A DNA stretch of 64,000 nt, from contig OY760074.1 of assembly GCA_963663035.1 (NCBI GenBank), positions 736,001 through 800,000 on the forward strand. Reading direction: 5' to 3'. The translations under genes and the position numbers were made by a program. The first letter of the stretch is position 1. Every line of letters begins with the position of its first letter. The notes under the pieces are model-generated. The model saw only the letters and a program-made list of their open reading frames with translations. It searched no databases and had not been told where the DNA came from. Origin of the DNA: Acidobacteriota bacterium. GTDB lineage: Bacteria > Acidobacteriota > UBA6911 > RPQK01 > JADFOI01. Shown piece after piece: positions 21,920 through 31,069 of the stretch.

Positions 21920-22185
21920 GAGGACACTTCCTTCAGGATCTGCTTGTCCAAAGACAGATCCGCCACCAGCTTCTTCAACCGGGTATTCTCCTTCTCCAAC
22001 ACCTTCAACCTCTTGGCCTGGTCCAACCGGAGCCCTCCGTACTCTTTGCGCCACCGGTAGTAGGTCTGCTCGCTCACCCCCATCTGCTTCGACACCTGTC
22101 CCACCCTCTGTCCTTGGGCCAGACCCACCTCTGCCTCACGCAGCTTCATGATGATCTGTTCTGCCCTAAACCGCTTCCCTGCCAT
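21907..22185 (-). CDS. IS3 transposase OrfA, copy 2
   Basis: Identical translation to 6102-6380. Confidence 0.92.
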   Translation of the reverse strand: MAGKRFRAEQIIMKLREAEVGLAQGQRVGQVSKQMGVSEQTYYRWRKEYGGLRLDQAKRLKVLEKENTRLKKLVADLSLDKQILKEVSSGNF

Positions 22186-22248
22186 CCTTGCCTCCTTCCT
22201 AAACCGGAAATCCTAACATTCAAACTGGACTCGTTTTAGGGGGCAAGG

Positions 22249-23547
22249 TCAGTTCTCCATCGGCAGGACCAGGGGCGGCTCGCGATGGAAGCTGAGCTTC
22301 TCCATGCGGGCCAGCGCAGCGCTGATGGCCGTCTCCGTCGTTGGCTTCACGGAGATGACGAACGCCAGATTGTCTGCGTCCTGATTGGGCTCCTCGAAGA
22401 CCGCGTCGATGTTGATCTTCTCGTCGGCAATGATGTCGGCGAGCCTGGCGATGATGCCCACCTCGTCCCTCACCAGGAAGCGCACGAAGTAGGGTCTCTG
22501 GCCAGCTTCGATGCCAACTTTGGTGATCTCCTGCGGGGCCCAGTAGCCGAATGCGGGCGCTCGCAGCGAGCTATCGTGGCGAAGGTCGCGCGCGGCGCTC
22601 ATGATGTCGCTGACGACGGCCACGCCGGTGGGCGTGCCTGCGCCGCGGCCGCAGTAGAGCGTGTCCTCGCCGTACTTGCCCTTCACCCAGATTGCGTTGT
22701 AGGAGCCTTGCACCTTGGCAAGCATCGCCGTCTGCGGGACGAGCACGGGGCGCACGAAGAGTGAAAGGCCGTCCCCATAGCGCACGCCCGCGGCGAGCAG
22801 CCGGATCGTGTAGCCGAGCCGATGCGCGTAAGCGAAGTCGGTGGGCGTAATCCTGGTTATGCCCTGGCGGAAGATGGCGTCAGGGGCTACGCGCGCGCCG
22901 AAGCAGAAGTTGGCGATGATGGAGAGCTTCGACCGGGCGTCGTAGCCTTCCACGTCCGCCTCGGGATTGGCCTCGGCGTAGCCGCGCAGCTGAGCTTCGC
23001 TGAGAATGTCGGCGAATGGTGCGCCGGTCTTCTCAATCTCGGTGAGGATGAAGTTGCAGGTGCCGTTGAGGATGCCGTAGATGGCTTCGAGACGATCCGC
23101 CGCGATACCCTCGCGCAGCGCGTTCAGGATGGGGATGCCGCCACCAGCGCTGGCTTCCAGATGTAGCGAAGTCTTGTTGTCGCGCGCCAACTGCGCCAGC
23201 TCCGCGCCACGCAGGCCGAGCAGTTCCTTGTTCGCCGTAACCACCGGGCGGCCGAGCGCAAGCGCAGTTGTCTGCACTTCGTAGGCGATTGTGGTGCCGC
23301 CGACCACCTCGACGACAATGTCCGCCTCCGGGTGCTCGACAGCCTCGCGCCAGTCGCGCGTCAGCAAACGCCTGCCCGTGGGCGCATCTACCTCCTTGCG
23401 CTTCTCAACTTCGAGACTTGCAGCGGCGCGGATATGCAGCTTGAAGCCCAGCTTGCGCTCCAGCTCGGCCGCGTTCTCATCGAGTATGCGGATGGCCGCG
23501 CCACCCACTGTGCCCATTCCCACAATCGCAATGTTCATTATCGTCAT
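22249..23547 (-). CDS. hom: Homoserine dehydrogenase with C-terminal ACT domain
   Basis: GMGTVG Rossmann motif, VVTANK, EASAGGGIPI, GILNGTCNFIL, GYAEANP; stop codon supplied by the IS terminus. Confidence 0.93.
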   Translation of the reverse strand: MTIMNIAIVGMGTVGGAAIRILDENAAELERKLGFKLHIRAAASLEVEKRKEVDAPTGRRLLTRDWREAVEHPEADIVVEVVGGTTIAYEVQTTALALGRPVVTANKELLGLRGAELAQLARDNKTSLHLEASAGGGIPILNALREGIAADRLEAIYGILNGTCNFILTEIEKTGAPFADILSEAQLRGYAEANPEADVEGYDARSKLSIIANFCFGARVAPDAIFRQGITRITPTDFAYAHRLGYTIRLLAAGVRYGDGLSLFVRPVLVPQTAMLAKVQGSYNAIWVKGKYGEDTLYCGRGAGTPTGVAVVSDIMSAARDLRHDSSLRAPAFGYWAPQEITKVGIEAGQRPYFVRFLVRDEVGIIARLADIIADEKINIDAVFEEPNQDADNLAFVISVKPTTETAISAALARMEKLSFHREPPLVLPMEN

Positions 23548-23757
23548 TCGGATTCAAAGTAAGCAAAGCACCTTTAAGGGGGAGGTAGGGTCTTGAGTTG
23601 AGTCACAAGAGCCCTTTCCCGCGAGATATCCGCAATTTGTCCCTCAACGGAGTGTCCTCTCCAGCATAGGCTACAAGGGATGGACACTTCCTGGCGTTGG
23701 TAACCACGACGTTCTTGGCTCATTTAGGGGCTCTAATATATCCGATCAGTATTCCTA

Positions 23758-24021
23758 CTAACAGCGACGTTTGAGAATTCTTCCCACACTGGTATGCGAG
23801 ATACCCAACTCCCGGCCGATTTTACGGTGACTGTACCCCCCAGCATGCAGCTTATGGACTATCTCAGAATCGGCAAGGGACTTGGGCCGCCCCAGCTTCT
23901 TCCCATTCTCCACGGCCCTCCTCAACCCGGCCTTCACCCGCTCCGCAATGATGTCCTGCTCCAGTTGAGCCACCGCACTGATGATGGTGAAAATAGCACT
24001 TCCCAGGGGCGAGCTGGTGTC
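23758..24021 (-). pseudogene. C-terminal remnant of a serine recombinase (resolvase/invertase)
   Basis: DTSSPLGSAIFTIISAVAQLEQDIIAERVKAGLRRA...LGRP plus HTH; catalytic N-terminus absent. Confidence 0.82.
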
Positions 24022-24046
24022 ATCTCACTAACTTCTTGAAAACAGA

Positions 24047-24134
24047 TGGTGCGAAAGGGGGGACTCGAACCCCCACGACCTTACGGCCACCAGATCCTAA
24101 ATCTGGCGCGTCTGCCAAATTCCGCCACTTTCGC
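24047..24134 (-). tRNA. tRNA-Leu(TAG)
   Basis: GCGAAAG/CTTTCGC acceptor, anticodon arm CCAGA-TTTAGGA-TCTGG, long variable arm, encoded CCA. Confidence 0.96.
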
Positions 24135-24261
24135 TAAAAGGTCTGCCAGGCGAAGGCAGGCTCAATCCCTCTCCATTCTAAACAATGGTGGGTTTTCAAG
24201 GAAGAGCCCGCCTGGACAGCTTCAGGGGAAGGCTCCCAGAATCTGACCAAAAGGCCGGCGG

Positions 24262-24291
24262 TTGACGGGCACAATACCCTGTCAGTAGAAT
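24262..24291 (+). promoter_or_regulatory. Putative sigma-70 promoter of larE (leaderless configuration)
   Basis: TTGACG-N18-TAGAAT ending 8 bp before the ATG at 24300; no RBS. Confidence 0.5.
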
Positions 24292-24299
24292 CGCCCTCA

Positions 24300-25145
24300 A
24301 TGCCGACTTTGGAAGCGAAAGTTCTACGCTTACGCAATCTGCTTGGTCAGTTGGAGCGAGTAGTGGTCTGCTTCTCAGGAGGCGTTGACTCGAGCTACCT
24401 ACTGGCCGAATCGGTCAGTCAGCTGAATCAGAATGCTGTGGCGTTGACAGCGGTTTCTCCAAGTCTTGCTGACGAGGAGGGAGCTGACGCACGGCGGCTG
24501 GCCGAGCACCTGGGGGCGCGTCACGTGCTGGTTGAAACCCAAGAGCTGGACGATCCGCGCTACGCTGCCAACCCGGTGAATCGCTGTTATTTCTGTAAGA
24601 CAGAAGTGTACGGAGTGGCCGTTGAGCAGGCTCGTCGCCTGGGCATTCCCAACCTGCTGGATGGCTTCAACGTGGACGATAGGGGCGATCACCGTCCCGG
24701 CCGCAAGGCCGCACTGGAGTATGGTGTGCGGTCTCCCCTCGACGAGTTGGGTTTCACCAAGGCTGATATCCGCCAGGCAGCCCGCAGCATTGATTTACCG
24801 GTCTGGGATAAGCCTGCGCTGGCATGTCTGTCCAGCCGGTTTCCCTACGGAACCCCGATTACCCCTGAGCGTCTGACTCAGGTGGGCCGCTGCGAGCGCG
24901 TGCTGCGCGATTTGGGTTTCCGGGTCTATCGGGTTCGTTACCATGACCAGGTGGCCAGAGTTGAGGTGGCGTCCCAGGAGCTGCAGAAACTATTGGATCC
25001 GGCAGTGCGTGAGGAGATCACTCAACGCTTCCGGGAAGCGGGCTTCGCTTATGTTACCGTGGACCTGCAGGGCTATCGAACCGGTTCCCTGAATGAAGCG
25101 GTGACTGCTGTACGGCGCAGCATCGCCCAAGTCGCTGACCGATAA
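24300..25145 (+). CDS. larE: ATP-dependent sulfur transferase LarE
   Basis: PP-loop FSGGVDS, NRCYFCK, DHRPG, WDKPALACLSSRFPYG, GYRTGSLN. Confidence 0.93.
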   Translation: MPTLEAKVLRLRNLLGQLERVVVCFSGGVDSSYLLAESVSQLNQNAVALTAVSPSLADEEGADARRLAEHLGARHVLVETQELDDPRYAANPVNRCYFCKTEVYGVAVEQARRLGIPNLLDGFNVDDRGDHRPGRKAALEYGVRSPLDELGFTKADIRQAARSIDLPVWDKPALACLSSRFPYGTPITPERLTQVGRCERVLRDLGFRVYRVRYHDQVARVEVASQELQKLLDPAVREEITQRFREAGFAYVTVDLQGYRTGSLNEAVTAVRRSIAQVADR

Positions 25146-25168
25146 GGCTTCGGGGGCAGGGTCAGTCT

Positions 25169-26305
25169 TCAGTCGTTGACCAGCTGTCGATAAAGAGCCA
25201 GGGTTTCTCCAGCCGTCCTTTCCCAGCTGAATTGTGCAACACGCTCCCGCCCCTGCCGAACCAGACGCTCCTGAAGATCAGGGTTGCTGAGAATCTCCTG
25301 AAGTCCGGACTGGATTGCGTCCGTGTCTTCAGGATCTACCAGAAGAGCTGCATCCTTGGCCATTTCCGAAAGCGACGAGCTGTTTGAGGTCATCACGGGA
25401 AGGTCTGCTGCCATGGCTTCCAGTAAGGGAAACCCAAATCCTTCATACAGAGACGGGAAAGCCAGCATCGTTGCCGAGCGGTACAGTTGACAGAGGACAG
25501 ACGGGTCAACATACCCCAGGCAGCGAATTCGATCGCGAGCCGGACTCTTTTGGATATGTTCGTGGACTTCCTCGGAACCGTACCCATTGGGGGCACCTGC
25601 CAGGACTAACAGGTGGTTCGTTTCCAGACCCTCAAAGGCTTCCAGGAGCCTTTTGACATTCTTCCTTTTTTGAATGGTACCCACATGGAGCACAAACGGG
25701 GTAGTGAGATGAAAGCGCTCCCTGAACCATTGAAGCTGCTGGTCGGTGTACTTGGGAATAGGCTGGATACCAGAGTGAATCACCTTGATCCGATCCCGAG
25801 GATATCCCAAATATTCCTCCACCTGGTCAGCTGTGAAAGCAGAGACGGTGATAATGAAATCTGAGCGCTCTGCTGCGTCCCTGGCCAGAGCATCGAATCG
25901 GCTCCGAAAGGACTGAGTGCAGTAGTCGCCAGCCAAAAAAAAGACATCGTGAAAAGTGGTCACGGTACGTTCAAAACGATATTGCGGTAAACGACCAGTC
26001 AGGCTGTGAAACAGGTCCAGCTGCTTCCCGAACAGAAAACAGGAAAACTCTTCCAGCAGTCGACGAGAGCAGTTGGAGCCAGGTAAGGAAGCCCCGAAAG
26101 CCTTGAGGAAACGATTGGCCCGATAGCACAGGAAGAATCGATCTTCAGGTGCTATCTGGGCTAGAGTTCGGATGAGGTTCCGGCAGTAAACAGTCACTCC
26201 GGAAGGCTCACGACTCAGGCTGTGGCTGGCGTCTAAACCGATTTTCACAGGCTCCGCTCGCAAAATAAACGCCTGCTGTAGGCTATAATGGAGCAACTCT
26301 AGCAT
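25169..26305 (-). CDS. Glycosyltransferase family 4 (start probably GTG about 26248)
   Basis: FPSLYEGFGFPLLEAMA, KRKNV, FSWERTA. Confidence 0.92.
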   Translation of the reverse strand: MLELLHYSLQQAFILRAEPVKIGLDASHSLSREPSGVTVYCRNLIRTLAQIAPEDRFFLCYRANRFLKAFGASLPGSNCSRRLLEEFSCFLFGKQLDLFHSLTGRLPQYRFERTVTTFHDVFFLAGDYCTQSFRSRFDALARDAAERSDFIITVSAFTADQVEEYLGYPRDRIKVIHSGIQPIPKYTDQQLQWFRERFHLTTPFVLHVGTIQKRKNVKRLLEAFEGLETNHLLVLAGAPNGYGSEEVHEHIQKSPARDRIRCLGYVDPSVLCQLYRSATMLAFPSLYEGFGFPLLEAMAADLPVMTSNSSSLSEMAKDAALLVDPEDTDAIQSGLQEILSNPDLQERLVRQGRERVAQFSWERTAGETLALYRQLVND

Positions 26306-27239
26306 GAAACTCCGTCAGGAGAGCATGCTTTGCAAGGGCAACCCTTTAGGGGAGACATCTACCGATACAAGAGGATCCCAGGACTTGAACGTTCGTTCCA
26401 ACTCAAATAAGGCTGATTCCAATCAGGGTTTGAAGGCGACCCTTCTCGTCGCAACTTATGAAATGCCTCGGCCTTTAGAGTTGGTTTGTGCAGCATTAGA
26501 CGGTCAGTCCACAGACAGATTCGAAGTGATTTTCTGCGATGACGGATCTGGGGAAGGAACTCGTCATGTCATCGCAGAGTTTAAGAAACGGGCTGCTGTT
26601 CAAGTGCATCATCTCTGGCAAGAGCACCATGGCTTCAGGAAATGTCGCATCCTCAACGAGGGACTGAGAAAGTCGAGTGGAGACCTGCTGATCTTTCTGG
26701 ATGGTGATTGCGTCCCTCATAAGGATTATGTTCGAGATCACATGGACTCGCAGGAGCCAGGAGTTTATTGCGCCGGAAGAAGGGTTGATCTAGGGCCCAA
26801 GGTCAGCAAGGAACTTGATCCGAACAAAGTCCGCCAGGGCTTTTTCACCCGCCCCCGTGGTGCAATCCTTTGGAGTTTGATCAAAGGGGAGTCCACCCGT
26901 ATTCAGAGAGCCATCCGAGTGCCTTGGGACTTCGTTCGATCATTACTTCGAATGGATCGAATCGATGACCTCGTGGGATGCAATTACTCAGTGACGAGAG
27001 CGGATCTGATCGCCATCAACGGATTTGACGAGGAGTATGAAGGGTACGGACGAGAAGACACCGACGTGGAGACTCGACTTCAGAACCTTGGCCTTCGGAT
27101 CAAATCCCTCAAGGGGAAGGCCTTGCAATTTCATGTTTGGCACCCACGGCGAGAATTCACATCCGCCAATGAGGCTCGCCTCAAGGACACTCGGGAATCG
27201 AGAAGAATTCGCTGTATCCGCGGAATGGAGCGAGACTGA
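26304..27239 (+). CDS. Glycosyltransferase family 2
   Basis: CDDGS, IFLDGDC, GCN, NGFDEEYEGYGRED. Confidence 0.9.
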   Translation: MKLRQESMLCKGNPLGETSTDTRGSQDLNVRSNSNKADSNQGLKATLLVATYEMPRPLELVCAALDGQSTDRFEVIFCDDGSGEGTRHVIAEFKKRAAVQVHHLWQEHHGFRKCRILNEGLRKSSGDLLIFLDGDCVPHKDYVRDHMDSQEPGVYCAGRRVDLGPKVSKELDPNKVRQGFFTRPRGAILWSLIKGESTRIQRAIRVPWDFVRSLLRMDRIDDLVGCNYSVTRADLIAINGFDEEYEGYGREDTDVETRLQNLGLRIKSLKGKALQFHVWHPRREFTSANEARLKDTRESRRIRCIRGMERD

Positions 27240-27304
27240 AACTCGCTGAAGGAAATCAAGACGGCTTTCTACTCAGCCTGCCGCCGTGCTAACCTAAAAA
27301 GCGT

Positions 27305-27381
27305 CGGGGCATAGCGCAGCCTGGTAGCGCGCCTGCTTTGGGAGCAGGAAGTCGGGGGTTCAAATCCCTCTGCCCCGACCA
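27305..27381 (+). tRNA. tRNA-Pro(TGG), island attachment site
   Basis: CGGGGCA/TGCCCCG acceptor, anticodon arm CCTGC-TTTGGGA-GCAGG, encoded CCA. Confidence 0.97.
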
Positions 27382-27390
27382 ATTTAACCC

Positions 27391-28688
27391 GGTGCATTCC
27401 GGACACATAGGTTACAGTTTATTCCGAAGACATAGGTAACACCTTTGCACCAAAAGGGTTATTTATAGGTTCAAACCTTCTACTGTCTTCGTCAAAGTAA
27501 CCGAGGTCGTATTCCATAAACGACACCAGCCAAATTTTCTCTTTGACCTCTTTGATTCCAACATCTTGACCAGCAAACACCGTGCTGAAGTTGATCTTTT
27601 GACTTTTCATACAGATTCTGCCGCAGCTGGTGACGGTCACGGTGCGATCGTGCATGGGGTACTCGACGCGCCCGATTCCTCGGTAGGGACAAGATGCGGG
27701 AGTATAGACCTCGGACGGAAACTTCATGCCCAGGGCCTCATGAGGTCTCTCAGTATTGTATTCCGCCTGAAAGGCATTAAACCTCTCTTGCTGCTGAAGA
27801 AGGTTGTGGGCAGCGGGAACGACTGTGGCCTTCTTGAGGGTGAGATGAAGGCGCTCATGCCTTCCGTTCTGCTCGGGATGGCCGGGCTTGATCCTCTCGA
27901 TTCGGATTCCTAGCCTAAGCCACCAGACGGCCAGTCGACTGAGTCCAAACAATCCGTTGGGTGATGCAAAAGGGACTCCGTTGTCCGTGCGGATCGCTTC
28001 CGGCAAACCTAACTCTTGAAAGGTTCTCTCGAATACGGGGAAAGCACCTCTTTCCTTAACACTGTCGAGAGCCTCGATGGCGAGCAGATAACGGCTGGCG
28101 TGATCGCTCACGGTGAGAGGATAACAGTACCGTTTGTCTCCCAGCATGAACTCTCCTTTGAAGTCGGCAGACCAAAGGTCATTGGGATTCTGGCTGCTGG
28201 ACAATCGAGTCCCCTCTGCCTTGAACCGTCGCCGTTTTCTACAGTTCACCAGGCCGTTGCGATCCAGAACCGCGTGAACTGTGCTCACCGCAGGCGGCCG
28301 TACATTCGGAAACCTACGAATCAGGAGCGCCCGAATCTTGGGAGCTCCCCAATACGGCTTCTCTCGCTTTAGCCTGACCAGGGTCCGTTCCACCTGTTCG
28401 GGCAGTTGGTTTCCGTAACGATGCGGCTTGCGGCTCCGATCCACCAGGGCGTAAGCGCCGGTGTTTTGATAGCGGTTCCAAATCTTGTAGCCCGTCTTTC
28501 TGGATATCCCAAACTCCTCACACAGACGGCTCATGGACTCCCCATCCAACAGCTTCGCTATAAATCTCATTCTCTCGTCCATCACACAGATCTCCTTCCA
28601 TGGCATCTCTGGGCACCTCCCAGAAGAAGCCTATAAGTGTTACCCATGTGTCCGGTATAATTTGTTACCCATCTTTCGGAATGGGCAC
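27391..28688 (-). mobile_element. IS481-like insertion sequence, copy 1 (1298 bp)
   Basis: Sequence shared with 38802-40099; ends GGTGCATTCCG / CGGAATGGGCAC; two tandem subterminal repeats at each end; CC on both flanks. Confidence 0.93.
27419..28606 (-). CDS. IS481-family transposase
   Basis: N-terminal HTH (ISRKTGYKIWNRY), WSADFKG, IRTDNG, PEQNGRHER, YNTERPHEAL. Confidence 0.93.
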   Translation of the reverse strand: MPWKEICVMDERMRFIAKLLDGESMSRLCEEFGISRKTGYKIWNRYQNTGAYALVDRSRKPHRYGNQLPEQVERTLVRLKREKPYWGAPKIRALLIRRFPNVRPPAVSTVHAVLDRNGLVNCRKRRRFKAEGTRLSSSQNPNDLWSADFKGEFMLGDKRYCYPLTVSDHASRYLLAIEALDSVKERGAFPVFERTFQELGLPEAIRTDNGVPFASPNGLFGLSRLAVWWLRLGIRIERIKPGHPEQNGRHERLHLTLKKATVVPAAHNLLQQQERFNAFQAEYNTERPHEALGMKFPSEVYTPASCPYRGIGRVEYPMHDRTVTVTSCGRICMKSQKINFSTVFAGQDVGIKEVKEKIWLVSFMEYDLGYFDEDSRRFEPINNPFGAKVLPMSSE

Positions 28689-28696
28689 CCCTTTTT

Positions 28697-28709
28697 AATC
28701 AATTAGTTA
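28697..28709 (+). promoter_or_regulatory. IHF-binding consensus at the island left end
   Basis: AATCAATTAGTTA matches WATCAANNNNTTR exactly. Confidence 0.55.
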
Positions 28710-28841
28710 AGACAAATCTGTCAAAGCCCTCAAAAGGGTCACTTTGGGGCCAGGGTGCGGATTTTGGTGGTGAAAATGAGGTGAATTTGGGTGGGGCAGG
28801 GAAGTGGCCTGCTGAGTTATTTCGTAGATGCCCGCACTAAC

Positions 28842-29315
28842 CTACTGCTTATCAAAAACCTCTACTCTGCTAAACGGCTGACCCTGCGCATTGGTCCCCA
28901 TCGTCTTGAAGGTAAAGGTCTGTCCATCCGGAGAGACACTGCGCATGAAAACCGTGATCAACTTCCCGCCCTTCATGGACATCCCCTCCAGATTATAGGC
29001 ATCAATGCGCCTATCCATCGTGGCATCACTTGTGGGACGAGGATTTGCCCTGGGGTGCACTTTGCCGTCGAAAGCGAGCGTGAGTTCGGTGTGGGACGAG
29101 TTCCCATTTGCATCAACCGTATCGCGGGAATTCTTATATGTATCTTTGCCCACTAACTCATAATGGTGTACCAGACTCTGCGGCGGCTGACCAGGATCGT
29201 ATATCGATTTGGACAGGTTTAGCTTCCAACTACCGACAAATGGGTCGCTCTGCGCCCAGACACTACTAGCCAGGGCCAAGATAGCCACGGCCGCGATAAC
29301 GCTGCATTTTTTCAC
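28842..29315 (-). CDS. Small secreted hypothetical protein (lipocalin-like start motif)
   Basis: GTG start with GGAGG RBS, signal peptide, DPFVGSWKLNLSKS...VFDKQ. Confidence 0.7.
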   Translation of the reverse strand: MKKCSVIAAVAILALASSVWAQSDPFVGSWKLNLSKSIYDPGQPPQSLVHHYELVGKDTYKNSRDTVDANGNSSHTELTLAFDGKVHPRANPRPTSDATMDRRIDAYNLEGMSMKGGKLITVFMRSVSPDGQTFTFKTMGTNAQGQPFSRVEVFDKQ

Positions 29316-29519
29316 GGGCTGCTCCTTTCCTCCATAAAGCGTGGCGATTCGCATACCAAGTCTCCACGCATATACTTCACCTACCCTATAGTATAGGCTC
29401 CTAAATAAAATAAAGATACACGTCCAAACCAGTCCAGCAGAAGCGAGAGCGCTGTGCACGACTCACCACGGAGAAGTCCGATTGGATGCAGTGGATGTTC
29501 CAAATTGGCGGTCGGAGTT

Positions 29520-31040
29520 CTACTGCTTGGGTGGGGTTGTGGGATCCGGGTAGGCCGGCGCTGTAGCGGGTTGAGTGGCCCTGTCGGCAGGTCCCATGTC
29601 CTCTCGTCCCCGAGGTGTAGCACCCAGTTCGAGCAGCAGATTCGCGGTGCTCTCGTGGTTGCCGTAGAGCCCCCGAAACCTCAAGACGGGGCTAATTCCC
29701 GCCGCCATACTCCAGGGCGTCTCTCCGTTCTTGTCCGCGGTGTCCACGTTAGCACCGTGGTCCGCCAAGTATTGAACGATTGCGTCCGCTCCCGTAAAGG
29801 CTGCCGAGTGCATGGCAGTTCGGCCATCGTCGTTGACCACATCGATGTCGGCGCCCAGCTCTACAATTGCTTTGACGGCTTCTACGGCCTTCCTCTGCTC
29901 CTCCTCGTCCCTGCGGTTAAAGTCGCACCCCGCCCCCGCACAGATCACTCCCGCAGCCACCATAAGCGGTGTCGTATTCTCCCTGTTCGCAATGCGCGTA
30001 TCCGCGCCGCCAGCCGCCAGAATCCGAATGACCTCCACATCCACAGCTACCGCTGCGAGAAAAAGCGGTGTCGCACCTACCATGCTGAGCGCCCCCCCAT
30101 CAGGTCCATAGGTAATGCCCTTCTTGATTCGAGCGTCTGGGTTAGCTCCATGTGCCAACAGGGCCTTTGCCAGGTCTGACTGACTGGGGGGAGCAACACG
30201 GTAGTTTGGGTCGAATAGAATGCCGCTGAGGGCTAAGAGTCCTTTGCGCACAGCATAGTGCAGGGGTGTAGCGCTATTGGCGTCCCCTACGTTCGGGTTG
30301 GCACCCTTCTCCAGAAGAAAAAGAGCCAGTGCCTCGTGGCCACTGGCACTGGCCACGACCAGTGCACTGCCGTGTTCAGGCGTGGTATCGTTCACGTTGG
30401 CTCCCGCTCCCAACAGAATCCGGGCAGATTCTACATCACCCGAGCGGGCGGCAAACAGCAGCGGTGGGAACCCACTTGTGGATCGCGTATTCACCTCCGC
30501 ACCCTGCTCGATCAGCATCCGCCCAACTTGCGGGTACCCTCCTGCCATTGCCCACATCAGCGCCGTCTGTCCCTGCTCGTTCTCTCGCACGTTCACATCC
30601 GCGCCATGAGCCAGCAGGGCTCTTATGCCCTCAGCTGTTCCCGTGCCGGCGCAGGTCATCAGCGGCGTCTCGCCTGTCCACTTGGCTGCGTTCGGATCGG
30701 CTCCGGCCCGAAGCAGTCTGTCGACTAAGACGCCGTCTCGATTGGTGCAGGCCAGTGAGAGGGGAGTAACGCCGTAATCGCTGGCTGCGCTCGGGTCGGC
30801 ACCAGCGCTCAGGAGAAGCTCCACCGTTTTTGAATCGGCCCGATGGGTCGCCCAGGCCAGCGCCGTAGCTCCATCCGCCTCGCTCGCATTCACATCGGCC
30901 CCTTGCTGAAGCAAGGACCGCACGGCTTCCTGATCGCCCTGTTTGACCGCCTCCACCAGCCGCAGATCCCCAGCAGCCCTCAGCGGGCCAAGCGACAAGA
31001 GAAAGACTGTCCACCAACTGATCGTACGTCTTACATCCAT
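29520..31040 (-). CDS. Secreted ankyrin-repeat protein
   Basis: Signal peptide and many G.TPL/TAL...LL..GAD.N repeats. Confidence 0.92.
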   Translation of the reverse strand: MDVRRTISWWTVFLLSLGPLRAAGDLRLVEAVKQGDQEAVRSLLQQGADVNASEADGATALAWATHRADSKTVELLLSAGADPSAASDYGVTPLSLACTNRDGVLVDRLLRAGADPNAAKWTGETPLMTCAGTGTAEGIRALLAHGADVNVRENEQGQTALMWAMAGGYPQVGRMLIEQGAEVNTRSTSGFPPLLFAARSGDVESARILLGAGANVNDTTPEHGSALVVASASGHEALALFLLEKGANPNVGDANSATPLHYAVRKGLLALSGILFDPNYRVAPPSQSDLAKALLAHGANPDARIKKGITYGPDGGALSMVGATPLFLAAVAVDVEVIRILAAGGADTRIANRENTTPLMVAAGVICAGAGCDFNRRDEEEQRKAVEAVKAIVELGADIDVVNDDGRTAMHSAAFTGADAIVQYLADHGANVDTADKNGETPWSMAAGISPVLRFRGLYGNHESTANLLLELGATPRGREDMGPADRATQPATAPAYPDPTTPPKQ

Positions 31041-31069
31041 ACTTTTCCTTCTACTCAGCTCTGGCCCGG

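Larger units (their letters stand above)
20985..22251 (-). mobile_element. IS3-family insertion sequence, copy 2, without target duplication
   Basis: Matches copy 1 apart from one visible substitution (OrfB DRLAE to DRPAE); flanks TGGG and GTTC differ. Confidence 0.96.

Noticed and set aside
5180-22251. Composite transposon formed by the two direct IS3 copies
   Set aside because: Copy 1 has its own GTCG duplication inside a reconstructable gene, and the outer flanks (GTCG versus GTTC) do not match.
24046-24246. 66-aa ORF MVRKGGLEPPRPYGHQILNLARLP
   Set aside because: This is the typical spurious translation of the antisense strand of tRNA-Leu.
27246-27314. Short frame LKEIKTAFYSACRRANLK resembling a tyrosine-integrase segment before tRNA-Pro
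   Set aside because: About 20 codons with no catalytic HxLRH; the same DNA contains a plausible extended -10 (TGCTAACCT) for the tRNA. Too weak to call.
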